A stretch of 63,721 nucleotides of DNA, the filler included, from Reticulomyxa filosa (Eukaryota > Protista > Foraminifera): the NCBI GenBank assembly GCA_000512085.1. It is 17 parts of 17 records of this genome, joined end to end, with 100 filler letters (N's around TTAATTAATTAA, not from the genome) between each part and the next. Parts side by side here need not be neighbours in the genome. Positions count along the whole stretch, not along the records: positions 10,683 to 13,838 come from ASPP01027623.1; positions 13,939 to 15,226 come from ASPP01021526.1; positions 15,327 to 16,691 come from ASPP01034028.1; positions 16,792 to 22,111 come from ASPP01028930.1; positions 22,212 to 28,952 come from ASPP01011251.1; 12 more parts are not named here. One strand, written 5' to 3'. This document shows, piece after piece, positions 12,301-24,888 of the stretch. The notes beneath the pieces were generated by a model. That model made no database searches and was not told the origin of the DNA. It worked only from the letters and a program-made list of their open reading frames with translations. Position 1 is the stretch's first letter, and every line of letters begins with the position of its first letter. Position numbers and translations under genes: made by a program.

Positions 12301-13949
12301 ATTTTCACTTTTTCAGATTACCACTGGTTGACGTTTCCACAATTTATTTATTATCTTTGGCTGGCACGTTCTATTAAAGTATTTTATGTCTCGATCGGCG
12401 TAATTGTTTCATGAACTTCCAATATATTTTTCATCAATTTACACACATTCTCTGTCGCCGTTGCGACAACACACTTTTCTACTTTGTGTATTGCAACATT
12501 TTCTTTTTTTCTTATTGGTGATTTTTCTTTCGCCGTTTAGCTGCACCAAATCCAACTTCCCGCTTGATCGAACACCAATATCTGCGTTTCGATTGCCATG
12601 AGTCTCTAACGTCTGCTCCATTTTCACAACGGCCGAGTTAGCTTGTTCGTTGCTCATGTAGCTCAAATTTCGCGTCTTCTTTGGCGCTTTGCAACTCCAA
12701 TATTTTTCTTTTTTTTTCATTCTTGAGCGCTATCACTTGCTGCGCTTTTTCTTCTTCTTTTTCCCATTATTCTCCCCTTTTTCCATTTTCCCCTTTTTCC
12801 ATTATTTTCCCCTTTTTCTATTTTCCCCTTTTCTATTTCCCCTTTTTCCATTCTCCCCTTTTTCCATTCTTCTCCACTTTTCCCTTTAACTTTTTTCATC
12901 TTTTTAAATCTTTTTTTATTTTTCTATTTTTAATCTTTTTTACATTGTCTTCTTTTTTCATTTTATTTTCAACATTCTCTTGTTTTTTCATTCTTTTTTA
13001 ATTTTTCAATTTTCTCAAAAAAAAATTTTCAATCATTTTTTCCCATTTTCCAATCATTTTCACTCCATTTTTTTTTTCAATTTATTTTTTCCCAATCATT
13101 ATTTTCCCACCCTTTTTTCTACTTGACTTTTCCAATAATTTTTTTTTTCTACACCCACCCAATTTGCACTCCCTCTCATCTCAAATATAAATAAAATATA
13201 AAAAAAAAAATAAATAAAAACTTACAATATTGCTTTGATCTGGACTCCTATTTACAAATTCACAAAGTAAAATTTTTTATTTAAAAAAAAAAAACAAACA
13301 TACTTTTGATTTGGAGCTCGAAGCTCTATTCCATTTTTCTATAATTTTTTTTCTTTTGCACGAATAGGGGGGGGGGACAAACGTTTATTTTTGATGGGGG
13401 CATGCCTATTCACAAACAACGTATACTTTTTATTCAAAAAAATAAAAAAAAATAAAAAAAAGAAACCTTTTAATTTTTGTTTGAACACGGGGTTGGCTTC
13501 GACCCCGAAGTTTTGCTTTGGAGGTTGGATACGTATACATTTTTTTTTTTTTGCGTAGGGCTGCGGCTGTGACGAAAAAAACACATAATGTCCTGTCAAA
13601 AAAAAAAACAAATTAAATAAAAATAGATAATACAAACTGTGATTTCTCCTTGTGGAGACGGGGGGCCTTACCCCATTTTCTTTTTCTTTTGTTGAAGGAC
13701 GCACGGCATCCGAAAAAAAAAGACATTTTTTAAAAGTGGACGACTGTTGAAAACCAAACCACTTTTGTTTTTTAAGTTGAAAAATATTAAAAAACAAAAA
13801 TAAAAAAGAGATACCAGTGAAAGAGGGTGCAATCACCCNNNNNNNNNNNNNNNNNNNNNNNNNNNNNNNNNNNNNNNNNNNNTTAATTAATTAANNNNNN
13901 NNNNNNNNNNNNNNNNNNNNNNNNNNNNNNNNNNNNNNAATAATAACAG

Positions 13950-14768
13950 TTGTGTGGTCCTGGTCGATCTTATATCGCGAGAAAGGTGGCTGAATTCTTT
14001 AGTCGCAATTGGTGGGAAGCCAAATTTGATGGAGGCATATTGCACGTATCTTGCGCAGGCAAAAAACTCGCCGACTTAACGAAACTCATCAACAACGAAC
14101 AAAAACGCTTAAATACCTTATTTGACATTCGAAAGGACAACTCCGACGTAGAAGTTCAAGACGCTAGTATTCCAAACATTCATAAACAAGAACGAGTACT
14201 TTTGATCTTGGACGATTTGCATGGAATGGTGCATACCGACGAAGATATGAAACAATTTGTTACTTCTTCCATTGCAAGTATTTTCAAATGTTATTACAGC
14301 AGGGACCATTTGAAACTTTTGCTGTTAATGTCAGAGGAATTTGCTGACAAATTTGAAGCCACGGCCAATGAGGCAAAATTCAAAGATTATTACAAGTATG
14401 CTGTGAAAAAAAGCTCGAATAAGGAATTGCTAGACTTCCTTTGGGAACAATTCTCCTGCAAAACAGATATTGTGGGCATTGACAATTGTTTAAATTCCAT
14501 TCGAAGAGCAAAAACGGATCTCTTAAATAACAGCCTGGATCCGGCCACTGCCGAATTCTTAAACGTTTGTTCGAGCGCACCAAAATTACTGCACTTATTC
14601 CAACAGATGCATCAGCCCTTTTTCACCCAAGGCTTTGGTATACAACATATTAGTGATTGGTGTTCATTTGAAACTGAGGAAGAGCTGCTGGAGGATTTAA
14701 ACGATGGTGTCGAGGGTCTTGATTGCAAAAAGAAAATCCGCGAGTTTGTAAAACACTCAAAGAAATGA
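13950..14768 (+). CDS. Last exon of a STAND/NB-ARC-like P-loop NTPase, possible C-terminal SAM-like domain
   Basis: Acceptor CAG before 13950; LCGPGRSYIARKVAEF (Walker A remnant, K to R), FDGGILHVS (NB-ARC RNBS-A-like), ERVLLILDDL (Walker B); C-terminal FTQGF...ETEEELLEDL...CKKKIREFVK is SAM-like. Confidence 0.6.
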   Translation: MCGPGRSYIARKVAEFFSRNWWEAKFDGGILHVSCAGKKLADLTKLINNEQKRLNTLFDIRKDNSDVEVQDASIPNIHKQERVLLILDDLHGMVHTDEDMKQFVTSSIASIFKCYYSRDHLKLLLLMSEEFADKFEATANEAKFKDYYKYAVKKSSNKELLDFLWEQFSCKTDIVGIDNCLNSIRRAKTDLLNNSLDPATAEFLNVCSSAPKLLHLFQQMHQPFFTQGFGIQHISDWCSFETEEELLEDLNDGVEGLDCKKKIREFVKHSKK

Positions 14769-16947
14769 AAAGAAGTATATTGCAATTTAACGTTTGATTG
14801 TTTTGCATTTTTTCGTCTCCCATTTTCTTTCGCTAGTATTATAAAGCCATTTTTCGAATACTCAAAACAACAATATACAGTATCACAAAAAAGGGGTCCA
14901 AAATGATCATATGAACATCTGCAATTTTATCCGTGAAAATTTTTTAAAAATTTTAATTTTACAGCTTGAAGTTTACGAAAAGAACAAAATAACATTGACA
15001 ACTTTCAATTTACATTTTTTTCCTATGTTTTTTTATTGATCAGATTTAAGTGGTGCTGCCTTTTCAGCAAACAGTCATATTCGTAGTGTTTCATTTGAAA
15101 TTTTTTTTTACGACCATGTTGTTAAATTTTGTACAGCCAGGAAACAATCCAACTATCGACACAAACACTACATTGTAGGACAAGCCTTATCACACATGGC
15201 TGAACTCTTATGGAACTGAGGAGCTCNNNNNNNNNNNNNNNNNNNNNNNNNNNNNNNNNNNNNNNNNNNNTTAATTAATTAANNNNNNNNNNNNNNNNNN
15301 NNNNNNNNNNNNNNNNNNNNNNNNNNACTGATTATGACATCATTTTTCAACAAAGAAAATCTTCATAAAAATTTTGTTGTTTTTTATTTTGCATTGGTTA
15401 TTTCTGTTTCTAAGTCTCAAATATTTTTGTAACATTCAATGGATTCAATGAATTACTTTGATCACAAAAATATTCTCTCATTTCATAAGCAATTGGATAA
15501 TAATTTTGTTTGATTTGCTAAATCAAAAAAAAATTTGAAAAAAAAATAAAATTAACAATATCTGTAATTGTTCAAAATCGGAGTTTGGTGCGTAATTGGA
15601 AACCAGTTTTGATAAAATCTTTTCTATTGCTTTTAAATTTGGATGGAGATGTCAACATCTATTACTTTGTTAAGTTATTTTCATTGCAAAAGTATATGTT
15701 TGCAATTTTTTAACGTATAATTTGCACATCTACTCACATGCCCATCTGATTGCAGTCAAAAATATAGATGTCCTTGCTTTAACAGCATTTATAATGGATA
15801 AAAGTGGGAAATAAAAATAAATTGTATTTGATGAAAGAAGATTATGGAATTTGCATCATTGAAAAAGAAATAAAGCAAAATATTCCACCACGTTGTTTAT
15901 GTGAAGCTGTTTCTTGAGAATGTATCCCATATCCAAATAGTACTATCTTCTGAAAAAGGAAAATTGATTATGCATATTCTCCGAGTAAATGTCATTCATT
16001 TTATTTTTTTATTCATTTTTATGAATATTGGCTACAAATATATCATTGGTGTTGTTATATTTTTTGGATCAATTAAAACATGTTGAATATATTCTCATTT
16101 AATACATGAACTCGACATGTTACTATTATTTTTTTATTCCATTTATTTAATCTGTCATCTTTTTATTGATTTATTTCATTTGTAAAGCTTGAAAAAGGAT
16201 TATTTTTCATTTTTGTATTATCATTATTGTCTATATATGGATAATTATTTCTTGCAATGAAATATATGTTTCAAATACTTGTCCTTCTAATTCTTTTTTT
16301 CTTGATTTTTCAATATCAGTACAACTTGCTGAATTCATTTCATCCATAATATATTTCTTAAAATATTCAATAAAATTACATAAATATTTCCTTTGGATTT
16401 GTCAATGACAAATGTTATAAGACTCTTCAATGCTACTTGCGTTTCAATACACACATCATGCTTTGGAAACATATAATTTAATATTATCAAAGAAGTCTTT
16501 ATCTTCAAATACAAACAAGTTGAATTGTTATGCCTTTTTTCATACTATTGCAACAGCAGTTTATAATTTGATTGGATTATCACATAACATTGTAAATCAA
16601 ACGTGATTTCGTATTTCTTAATTTCAATGCTATTTATTGCGTGTTTACTCATTTCTCTCAAATCTTCAATATTCTTAGCATATTGTCTTATNNNNNNNNN
16701 NNNNNNNNNNNNNNNNNNNNNNNNNNNNNNNNNNNTTAATTAATTAANNNNNNNNNNNNNNNNNNNNNNNNNNNNNNNNNNNNNNNNNNNNAAAAAAAGA
16801 GCACAAAACAAAATCCACAAACAGATCTAAAAAAGGAAAAAAAAATACTGCTCAAAAACCCAAGAACCAGTGTTTACAATTGTTTTTATTTCTTGTTGAT
16901 ATTTTTTTTTTTTTTTTTAATCAAAAAGAAGTGGGAAGGCAATTGTT

Positions 16948-19530
16948 CTATGAATGAACAATTTTCTTATTATTTTTGAAATCTTTTTCATGGTTGTATT
17001 GTTCCATCTCAGGTGTTTCATTTCCATCTTCATCATTGACTTCCAGCAGTTCTAATAAAGGCAAAAACCCACGTGATTGGGCAATGGTGCGAGCTTGCCG
17101 CACTACTGATTTGGGATATTTGAACCGCTGCATCAAATATTTGACAACCTCAATGGACCCACTTTCCACCCCATAGACCAGCAACGAGTTGTTTTGTTTG
17201 TCCACCGCGTCCAAACGTGCACCACTACGTGCCAGCAAATCTATACATGGGACCGAGGCAGATAAAGCCGCCAGCATCATTGGAGTTCGGCCATTGATAT
17301 CCGGTGCATCCATTTCAATTGATTCTTCATCCAATAAGATCTATTATATACATATATACATATATATATATGTATTATTTATTTGAAAGAAATGATAAAG
17401 TTTCAACAAAACTTTTAAGCACTGATCACTACTGGTAGCACAAGCTTCATGGACGGCCGACATCTCATTAAAGTCTTTATGATTGAACAACTCCTTTTTT
17501 CCATTTTCGAGAATGTGTCGGACGAGCCAGACCAGATTTCCAACGACGGCAACGGACAACAATGCATATCCATCAGTGCCCACCACGTTGATGTCGGCCC
17601 CTGCTTTGAGCAGTATGGCCACGCATTGGTCTTCGCCGGCTGCAGCTGCGTGCATCAAGGCGGTCCATCCGTTTTCGTCTTTGTTTTCCAAATCTTTCTT
17701 TCGACTTCGTGTGAGCAGATACACGACAAAATCTTGCAAGCCGCCCGAAGAGGCTGCCATCAAACAGGTCAGCTTCGCTTGCGACTCCATGTGTATCGAT
17801 GCGCCCGCTTGCAACAATACGTCCACGCACTCTTGAGATCCTTCACTGGCGGCAAACAATAACGCCGTGAATCCATTGGTATTCACTGCATCCACCTCCA
17901 CGCCATTGTCGATCAGCAATTGAGCCACTTGATGGAGTCCTCCATAGCACGCCGCCATCAGCAAGGTCGTGCCGTCCACGGTTTCCACGTCGATGGCTGC
18001 CCCACTCTTCAGCAGCTTCTGCACACATTGAAGCTGTCCACGATAGGCCGCATGCATTAGTGCGGTCCTCTGCGCGTCGTCAGGTGCGTCAATGTCTATT
18101 CTACCTGTGTTAAATTGCCTTGTTTTGTTTTGTTTCGAAACGCAAAGTTCGGTTGTTGACACACAAAATCCAATTGAAACCTCCCCCCCTCCCTCTTCCA
18201 AAAAAATAATAAAGAGGAATTACCACCTTTCTACAAACAACTCAAAAATTTAAAAACCAATCACTGGTCATGTCACACGTGCACACCCAATCACAAACAA
18301 CACAAAAAAAATAATCGAAATGATACCCCGAAAGTGCAAACCTGATTGAAGCAATGCTTGCAGACATGCCAATCGACCTTCTCTGGCAGCAAGCATCAAT
18401 GGTGTGATGCCATCTTTTCCACGGACGTTTACATCCATTGGAGACTTCCCATGTGCTAGTGTTAATATGACGTGAGGCCAGTCTCGACGTACGGCTAACA
18501 ATAACAATCGGTAGTCCACACGTATGCCTGTGGAAACAATCACTTCCAGCAGCTCGGCTACTTTTTGTGGATCCACATTGATCGCTTCATCAAATACGAC
18601 ATCGTTCGCTTCATTGTCTTCTTCTGCGGTTAAATAGTCAAATGCAGATGAGTCACTAAATATAGTACGAACATCTTCCGACATGTTCCGGTTCATGTGT
18701 TTTGGACCATTAGTCACACTTTTTTTTTTTTTTTCGTTTTACAGTTTTTAAAGTCATTCAAGAGAAACATTACAAATTTGATTGGTTGAGGACATAATTT
18801 TTTTTTATTTTAAAAAAAAAATGATATGGAACACCTAACCTCAGACTTTTATGATTGAACAAGCCATGGAAGCGCTCACTTCGAAAGCTAACCATGTTTG
18901 ACAATACTGAGCTCCCTTTGCGCAAGTGAGAATAAAAATCATTGGGATCACCATTGCCGTTGCTCAAAACGGATCCCTTGCAAATGAAGAAAGACATTTT
19001 GGAAGGGCCACTGGGCAATGAAGGACCCAATGTATTTGATTTTTCTTTGTCTTTGTTATGGATGCTTTGCTTGATGACTTTCAACCCGATTCCTTCGATC
19101 ACATAATCAACCGCAGATCGAAAGTCGTTGTCTCTTGCCTTCAATGAACTTCCGTGCTGCGCTAGCAGACGAAACACGTCACTATTCAAATTGATGCCAG
19201 CATAATGAATAGCAGTTCGGTTGTGAATATCGGACGCGTCTTTGTTGCAGTGCAGCCCTAATAAATATTGTGCCGAATTGACGTGATTTCGTTTCGCACT
19301 GACAATCAGCGCAGTTTCGTGGGACTCGTTGTGAAAGTAGTCGATGTGAATACCCTCATCGATGCAAGTGCGCAATATTCCAACATCACCTTTGTTGGCC
19401 GCATCAAACCAACTGTCAATTAAATGAGGTTTGAGCCAAGGAGGGGGACTGATATGCATCATTTCACTGGCCAAGCTGCGATGATTTTTCGACAACGCAA
19501 TATCCAATGCTGAATGTGTGTATTTTATTA
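16948..19530 (-). CDS. Multi-exon ankyrin repeat protein (more than a dozen repeats), 5' end disrupted or missing
   Basis: ORFs 18770-19585, 18268-18717, 17344-18201 and 16948-17334 all carry ankyrin consensus (GRTPMMLAA, GWTALMHAAAAG, GFTALLFAASEG, GITPLMLAAREG, RTAIHYA) and are separated by AT-rich introns. Confidence 0.9.
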
Positions 19531-19699
19531 CTTGGCAACCAATCAAAAAAAACACACACATACACACACATACCAGTTTGACCATAAGTCATCTTTGGCA
19601 GACAACTTTGGTTACAACGACAAAAGAATTTCGACAACAAAGGGGTTGTTAGATTTCAATTCTTTTGAGTACTCTGTACTTTGCATTTTGTACTGTTGC

Positions 19700-19799
19700 T
19701 TGGCTGTGGAAACAGTTTTGAAAGATCCAGAATTATCTGATGCACTTTTCAAGTTTATGCAACGAACCCATTGCGAAGAAAATTTGGAATTTACTCAAG
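19700..19799 (+). CDS. RGS (regulator of G-protein signalling) domain exon, fragment
   Basis: VETVLKDPELSDALFKFMQRTHCEENLEFTQ matches RGS helices 2-4 (L..VL.DP.....F..F...E.SEENL.F); followed by donor GT at 19800. Confidence 0.7.
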
Positions 19800-19885
19800 G
19801 TTTTTTTTTTTAAAAAAAAAAAAAAATATTTTTACAATGTGTTTTGCAAATTAATAATATGTCCATATGCATGACGAATAACCTA

Positions 19886-20380
19886 GAACTGTGTGAAATG
19901 TGAATGGATGTCGGCCACTGACAAACCAAAAGAGGTACGACGGGTTCGAAAGAAGGTCAAGCAATACGAAGATAAAAAAGTGGCGGACCAGGAAATCATG
20001 CTTTCTCTGAGAGGATTAAAATTCATTCCTTTGTCTAGCAAAACTAATATTGGCACTTTAACTCCAACCCTTTTTTTAATGTTTTCTAAAAAAAAAAAAA
20101 AGATGAAAAAATGGAAGATGAAGATAGTAACGAAAGTGATGAGGAACTGAAAACAGCAACGATTAGTATCGAAAAAGCCGAATTCAAAATAAAAGCCAAA
20201 ACAAAAACAAGAGCAAAAGCAACAACAAAAGCAAAAGCGAAAACGCAACGATCAGCAACGGTGGCTACAGTAGTCCGAACACCAAAAGCATTAACAACAA
20301 TAACAGTAACAATAACAAACGTGGCTGCAATAACAAATACAAATACGAAATCGCCTTCGACAAAGACGGTGGTAACGTAA
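19886..20380 (+). CDS. Terminal exons of an unidentified gene (Lys/Glu/Thr-rich)
   Basis: Two short open exons (NCVKCEWMSA...; DEKMEDEDSNESDEE...stop 20380) flanked by AT-rich intron-like DNA; phase does not fit the RGS exon. Confidence 0.35.
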
Positions 20381-21180
20381 GACTGATCTGAGTGATCTTG
20401 TTGTGTGTATTTCTCTATTTTTTTTTAAGACTTTTTTTTCTGTGAGTTGGGTTTGACGAACAGAAATTTTTAGTTTTTCTATGATTCTTATTTATTTGGT
20501 GTGTATTACTTTTCTGTTTTTAGACGAGAATTATCATTTGTTTGTTCTGTCTAGTTTTGTTTTTAATTTATTTATTTTTTCTTGTTATATTCTGTGCTTA
20601 TGGGTTTCAGTATTATGGTCTTTGCTTATATTTCCCTTTGGTGAATATTTCAATTAACAAAACAAGACATAACAAATATACTAATACAGTTGATGAATTT
20701 ATGTTCATGTCATTATGTAACTCTATCCAATCTTTATTTCCTTACTGTTGTCAGCACAGTAAGATAAATGTGTAGATAATAATTCCATATCTTTTTTTTT
20801 CATTGTATGGTGTTCCACTCTAGCTGCAACAATGCAGATATTATTAACATATATTTTATTTGATTGGAGATAAAACATAATAAAGGAACGATATTTGTAT
20901 TTATGCATTAATGATTATATCATTTTGTTTGGTGATGCTAATGGGTTGATTTCTATTGAAACAATTTATATCTATTCAACAAGCAAATATGCTTGGATTA
21001 AATCGCAACACAGTCTACCAAATTGTGTGGCAAATTCTAAGCAACTCTATTGTCAAGGTAATGCTGTAAATCTATCTACAATCTTTTTGTTCACAACAAC
21101 AGACATGTTGTAATTACACATGTACTGGAATTAGTTGTGTTAAAAAAAATTGTAGCCCTTTTTTTTAACATTGAATGATA

Positions 21181-22111
21181 ATGTCTTCGATTTTTGAGAA
21201 TATTGTACGAAGATTGCCAAAGACCGAGCTTCATTTGCACTTAGTTTGTACTTATTTTTCTGTTCAATTTCTCTCCTTTCGTTGATATTTTTTTTTGACG
21301 ACGCGGGTAGGATGGATCTTTGTTACCTGGTTTTATTTTGTCACGTGCAAAAGCAAGAAATTTGGTGGTTCCATTTAAAAGTGAAAATGAAGTGAGACCG
21401 TTTTTGATGGATTTGAAATTTAAAGGTATGGGTTCACAGAACGCAACTAGTGCAATGTTTGCAGTTAGTGTCAAGTCAAATTGGCCAGTATTTGATTTTT
21501 GCAATCAGTTTTTACAGACACAACAAGAGCTATATAATGCCACTCGTGACTTGGTGACATACCTATGTACCAATCACAATGTACGTGTTATCGAAATTCG
21601 ATTTTGTCCAGAATTGCACACATTGGAAGGACTTACGCATGACGATATTGTTCAATCTGTTGTCAAAGGCTTTCAAGCTGGACAACAGAGTATGGCTACG
21701 AACTTTTAAAAAAAATCAGAGGCGGTACGTAACTTTGCTATATAAAATACTTCGCCAAGCAACGTATGCAAATATAAAATAAAATAAAAATAAAAAAGGG
21801 ATAATTATATGTGCATTACGATCATATCCTGAATCCTATTCACTGCAAATGGTGGAATTGTGTAAAAAGTACTTAGGAAAAGGAGGAATTATTGGATTTG
21901 ATATTGCTGGGCATGAAAGTGATTATCCCTTATCAATCCATAAAAAAGCATTGGAATTAGCAAATGATTTGGATATTCCTATCACTGTTCATATTGGTGA
22001 ATTTCCACAAACATTGAATAATTTTCCATTTTTGTTGCAAAATTGGAAAATTTGCAAGGTGCAAAGAAATGTCACATTGCATTGAACTGGGAAAAGATCA
22101 TCAAGTATTAA
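21181..22111 (+). CDS. ADA: Adenosine deaminase (3'-truncated; introns 21244..21310 and ~21725..21798; homopolymer frameshift at ~21705)
   Basis: MSSIFENIVRRLPKTELHLHL|DGSL (metal-binding HxHxDG across a GT-AG intron), IEIRFCP, IICALRS, GFDIAGHE, ITVHIGE. Confidence 0.9.
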
Positions 22112-22211
22112 NNNNNNNNNNNNNNNNNNNNNNNNNNNNNNNNNNNNNNNNNNNNTTAATTAATTAANNNNNNNNNNNNNNNNNNNNNNNNNNNNNNNNN
22201 NNNNNNNNNNN

Positions 22212-24857
22212 AAAAAAAAAAAAAAAAAAAAAGCGTCCAATGAAAGCATATGTGGAACCTCCCTTGACGAGTTTGAATGAAAGTGACAATGACTATCTGC
22301 CGATGGATGGCAACGGTATGCTTCCAAAGGCACACGACGGGACAGGACTGTTTTCGCACAAGAGCAATGACGAGATAATGCTAAATGGAGGGGATGAGGA
22401 CGATCAGTACCACCACTCGCATGTGTTTGGCGAGAGAAGACATTTGACGATCCATCCGATGGAAATGCTGGAGAATGCGAGTAAGCAAGAATCCTTTCTA
22501 TTACAAGCGACAGGTGTGAAAAAATCACAAAAATTCCGTGGTGATAATGGTGGTGGTAGTAGTAATAATAGTGGAGGAGGAATGGAAAGCAATGAACATG
22601 TGACAGTCGAGGATGTGCTCGGCCCATTGACGATGACGCTGGCCTCCACGCATGAAGAAGGTCATTTCAATTCTCCCACTCCGACGCCTGGCTCTTCCGC
22701 TGCCAACTGTTCCATGACCATTGCCAAGGATGACTCCAGCCACAATCCTTTGCAACTGCATTCCGACAAGGATGCCCTCGTCGACCCTTCACGCCCCATT
22801 CGTTCGGGATCGGGTCGTCACGTCGACAATTTTTTAGTCACGTCTGTTAAAGGTGATCTGACAGCCACCCATTCAACCGTCCCTATCACCACCACACCAG
22901 CAACAACATCCGCGTCGACCATCTTACCCACGCCCGTTGTAACGGTAACACTAACATCACCAACATCGACATCGACATCGACATCGACATCGACAGCAAC
23001 GGCGATCACAACAGCAGCAACAACAACAACAACAACAACGACAGCAAAATCACTAGCTCCAACAACAACGACAACAACAACGGCAGCAGAGACGACTACG
23101 ACAGTACCTACCATCGCCACGACAACGGCAATCACAACGACCACACAAACAAAGTCGGAACATGCTCACAATACCATTGGCAACGACTTGCTGCTCGTCG
23201 ATTCTTCAAAGCCGCTAACCAAGACGGAAAAACAAATTGCAATCTCCGATACCAATGAGGGTAACAAGCGCACCATTCCAAATATGAATATAAGTGCAAT
23301 TACAAATGTAAATGCAAATACAAATACAAATACAAATACAAATACAAATACAAATGTAAATCCAAATGCAATATCAAATGTGAGTGCAAACGTATCAAAA
23401 AATCTGAATCTAAATATAAGCCTTCCCCCGAACACGAATGCAAGTGCGAATCTAAGCGCGACAGAACTATTGAAGCAGCCAGGAGGGGACTTGTTGGGAG
23501 CATCTGCATTGGGCAATCGCAACAGCATTGCCAATACGAGCAACAACAACTTGCAAGACATGCTGCAAGCATTGCAGCGCAGTGTGTCGATACTAAGCAA
23601 CTTGAGTGTCCCCAATCCGACGACAATGGCGAGCATTCCAATGCTCAGTCGAAACACGTCTGTCAATTCCATCGATGCAACTGCAGGGATACCCCCTACC
23701 ACGACTGCGACGACTACCGGTACCACAGCCGCCAGCACACTATTCCTGCCTCCACTCGTCAATTATCCCATGTCGGGCTTTAGTGGCGGCAACTGGGGCT
23801 TGGAGTCTGCCATGGGTTCCAATGTCAACCTCCAGTCCTCCACCACGACCCTTGCGGCCGCCATCGCCACAGTCCCGACCACTACCACTATCACCACCAC
23901 CACCACCACTGGTGCAAATCCCATCTCCTCTTCTTCATCTTCCATTGCCACTGCCACTGCTGCGTCTGCAACTGCAGTCCCTTCGGCAGCTGCAACGGGC
24001 ATGTGGAATAACCTGTTGATCCCAAATTCGTCAGGTATGACATCTGCGTCTGGTTATTCGTATTTCCCTCATCATCATCATCATCCTCATCATCCTCAGT
24101 ATCCTCATTCTCATCATCCTCATCATTCTCATCACCATCAACAAGCCTTCTATCCGCATCCTTCGCTGATGTGGGCAGATGCACCTTCCAGTGTTCGCAA
24201 TAATCACTCGGAGGGACTGTTTCATCATCCATCCTCTTCCACTTCCAATTTCAATATCCCAAGTCCGGAACTTGAGCGAAGCGCAGGGGGAAACGGAGGA
24301 GGAGGAGGAGGGAGAGGCGGAAATGGAGTAGATCTGAAACACGACAATGATCTACATGCCTCCAATCTTCTCTATTCCAATCCCAGCCAAATTCATTTGC
24401 CACTGCATCCCACATCGCAACTCTTGCCTCAGTATTCGCAGCCGTACATGTTTCTCCCGTCACCTTTCCCTGCAAGTACGGGCGTCGTTGGTCTATCCAA
24501 TGATGATGCCACTGCTCCTCTGTCACTTCCTCTCTCTCTTTCCCTTCCTCAGGCCAACAGCGACCCTTATCAGCTTTCTATCGCCACTGCCATTCCCAAT
24601 GCACACGCAAAGCCTGTTTCGGCCACACCCAGCGCCGCCACCACACCCGTCGGCACAAATGTCAATGCAAGCACTAATGCACCTTCTTCTCTTGTTGATC
24701 CCAACAACCTGTTCGGCAATTCCAGGCCCAATGGAAGTGTTCCCATGCTTCCAAATGCTTTTCCAAATGGTATCTGTTTATTGTTGTTGTTGTTGTTGTT
24801 GTTATCTTTTTTGTTTGCTTACTTGTTTCGTTCTACAACATGTAGATGACAACATAT

Positions 24858-24888
<31 letters not shown>

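Noticed and set aside
12720-13838. Pyrimidine-rich and homopolymer-rich tract with Phe/Lys-rich ORFs
   Set aside because: Looks like low-quality read tail or low-complexity sequence; the ORFs are compositional artefacts.
15327-16691. AT-rich contig with one short ORF
   Set aside because: No supportable gene or structure.
21700-21720. Programmed frameshift at TTTTAAAAAAAA in adenosine deaminase
   Set aside because: Homopolymer miscount is the simpler explanation; a second frame error occurs near the contig end (~22070).
22404-24526. Antisense ORFs rich in Val/Leu/Met over low-complexity genes (also 2243-2599 and 48037-48561)
   Set aside because: Shadow ORFs produced by trinucleotide repeats on the coding strand.
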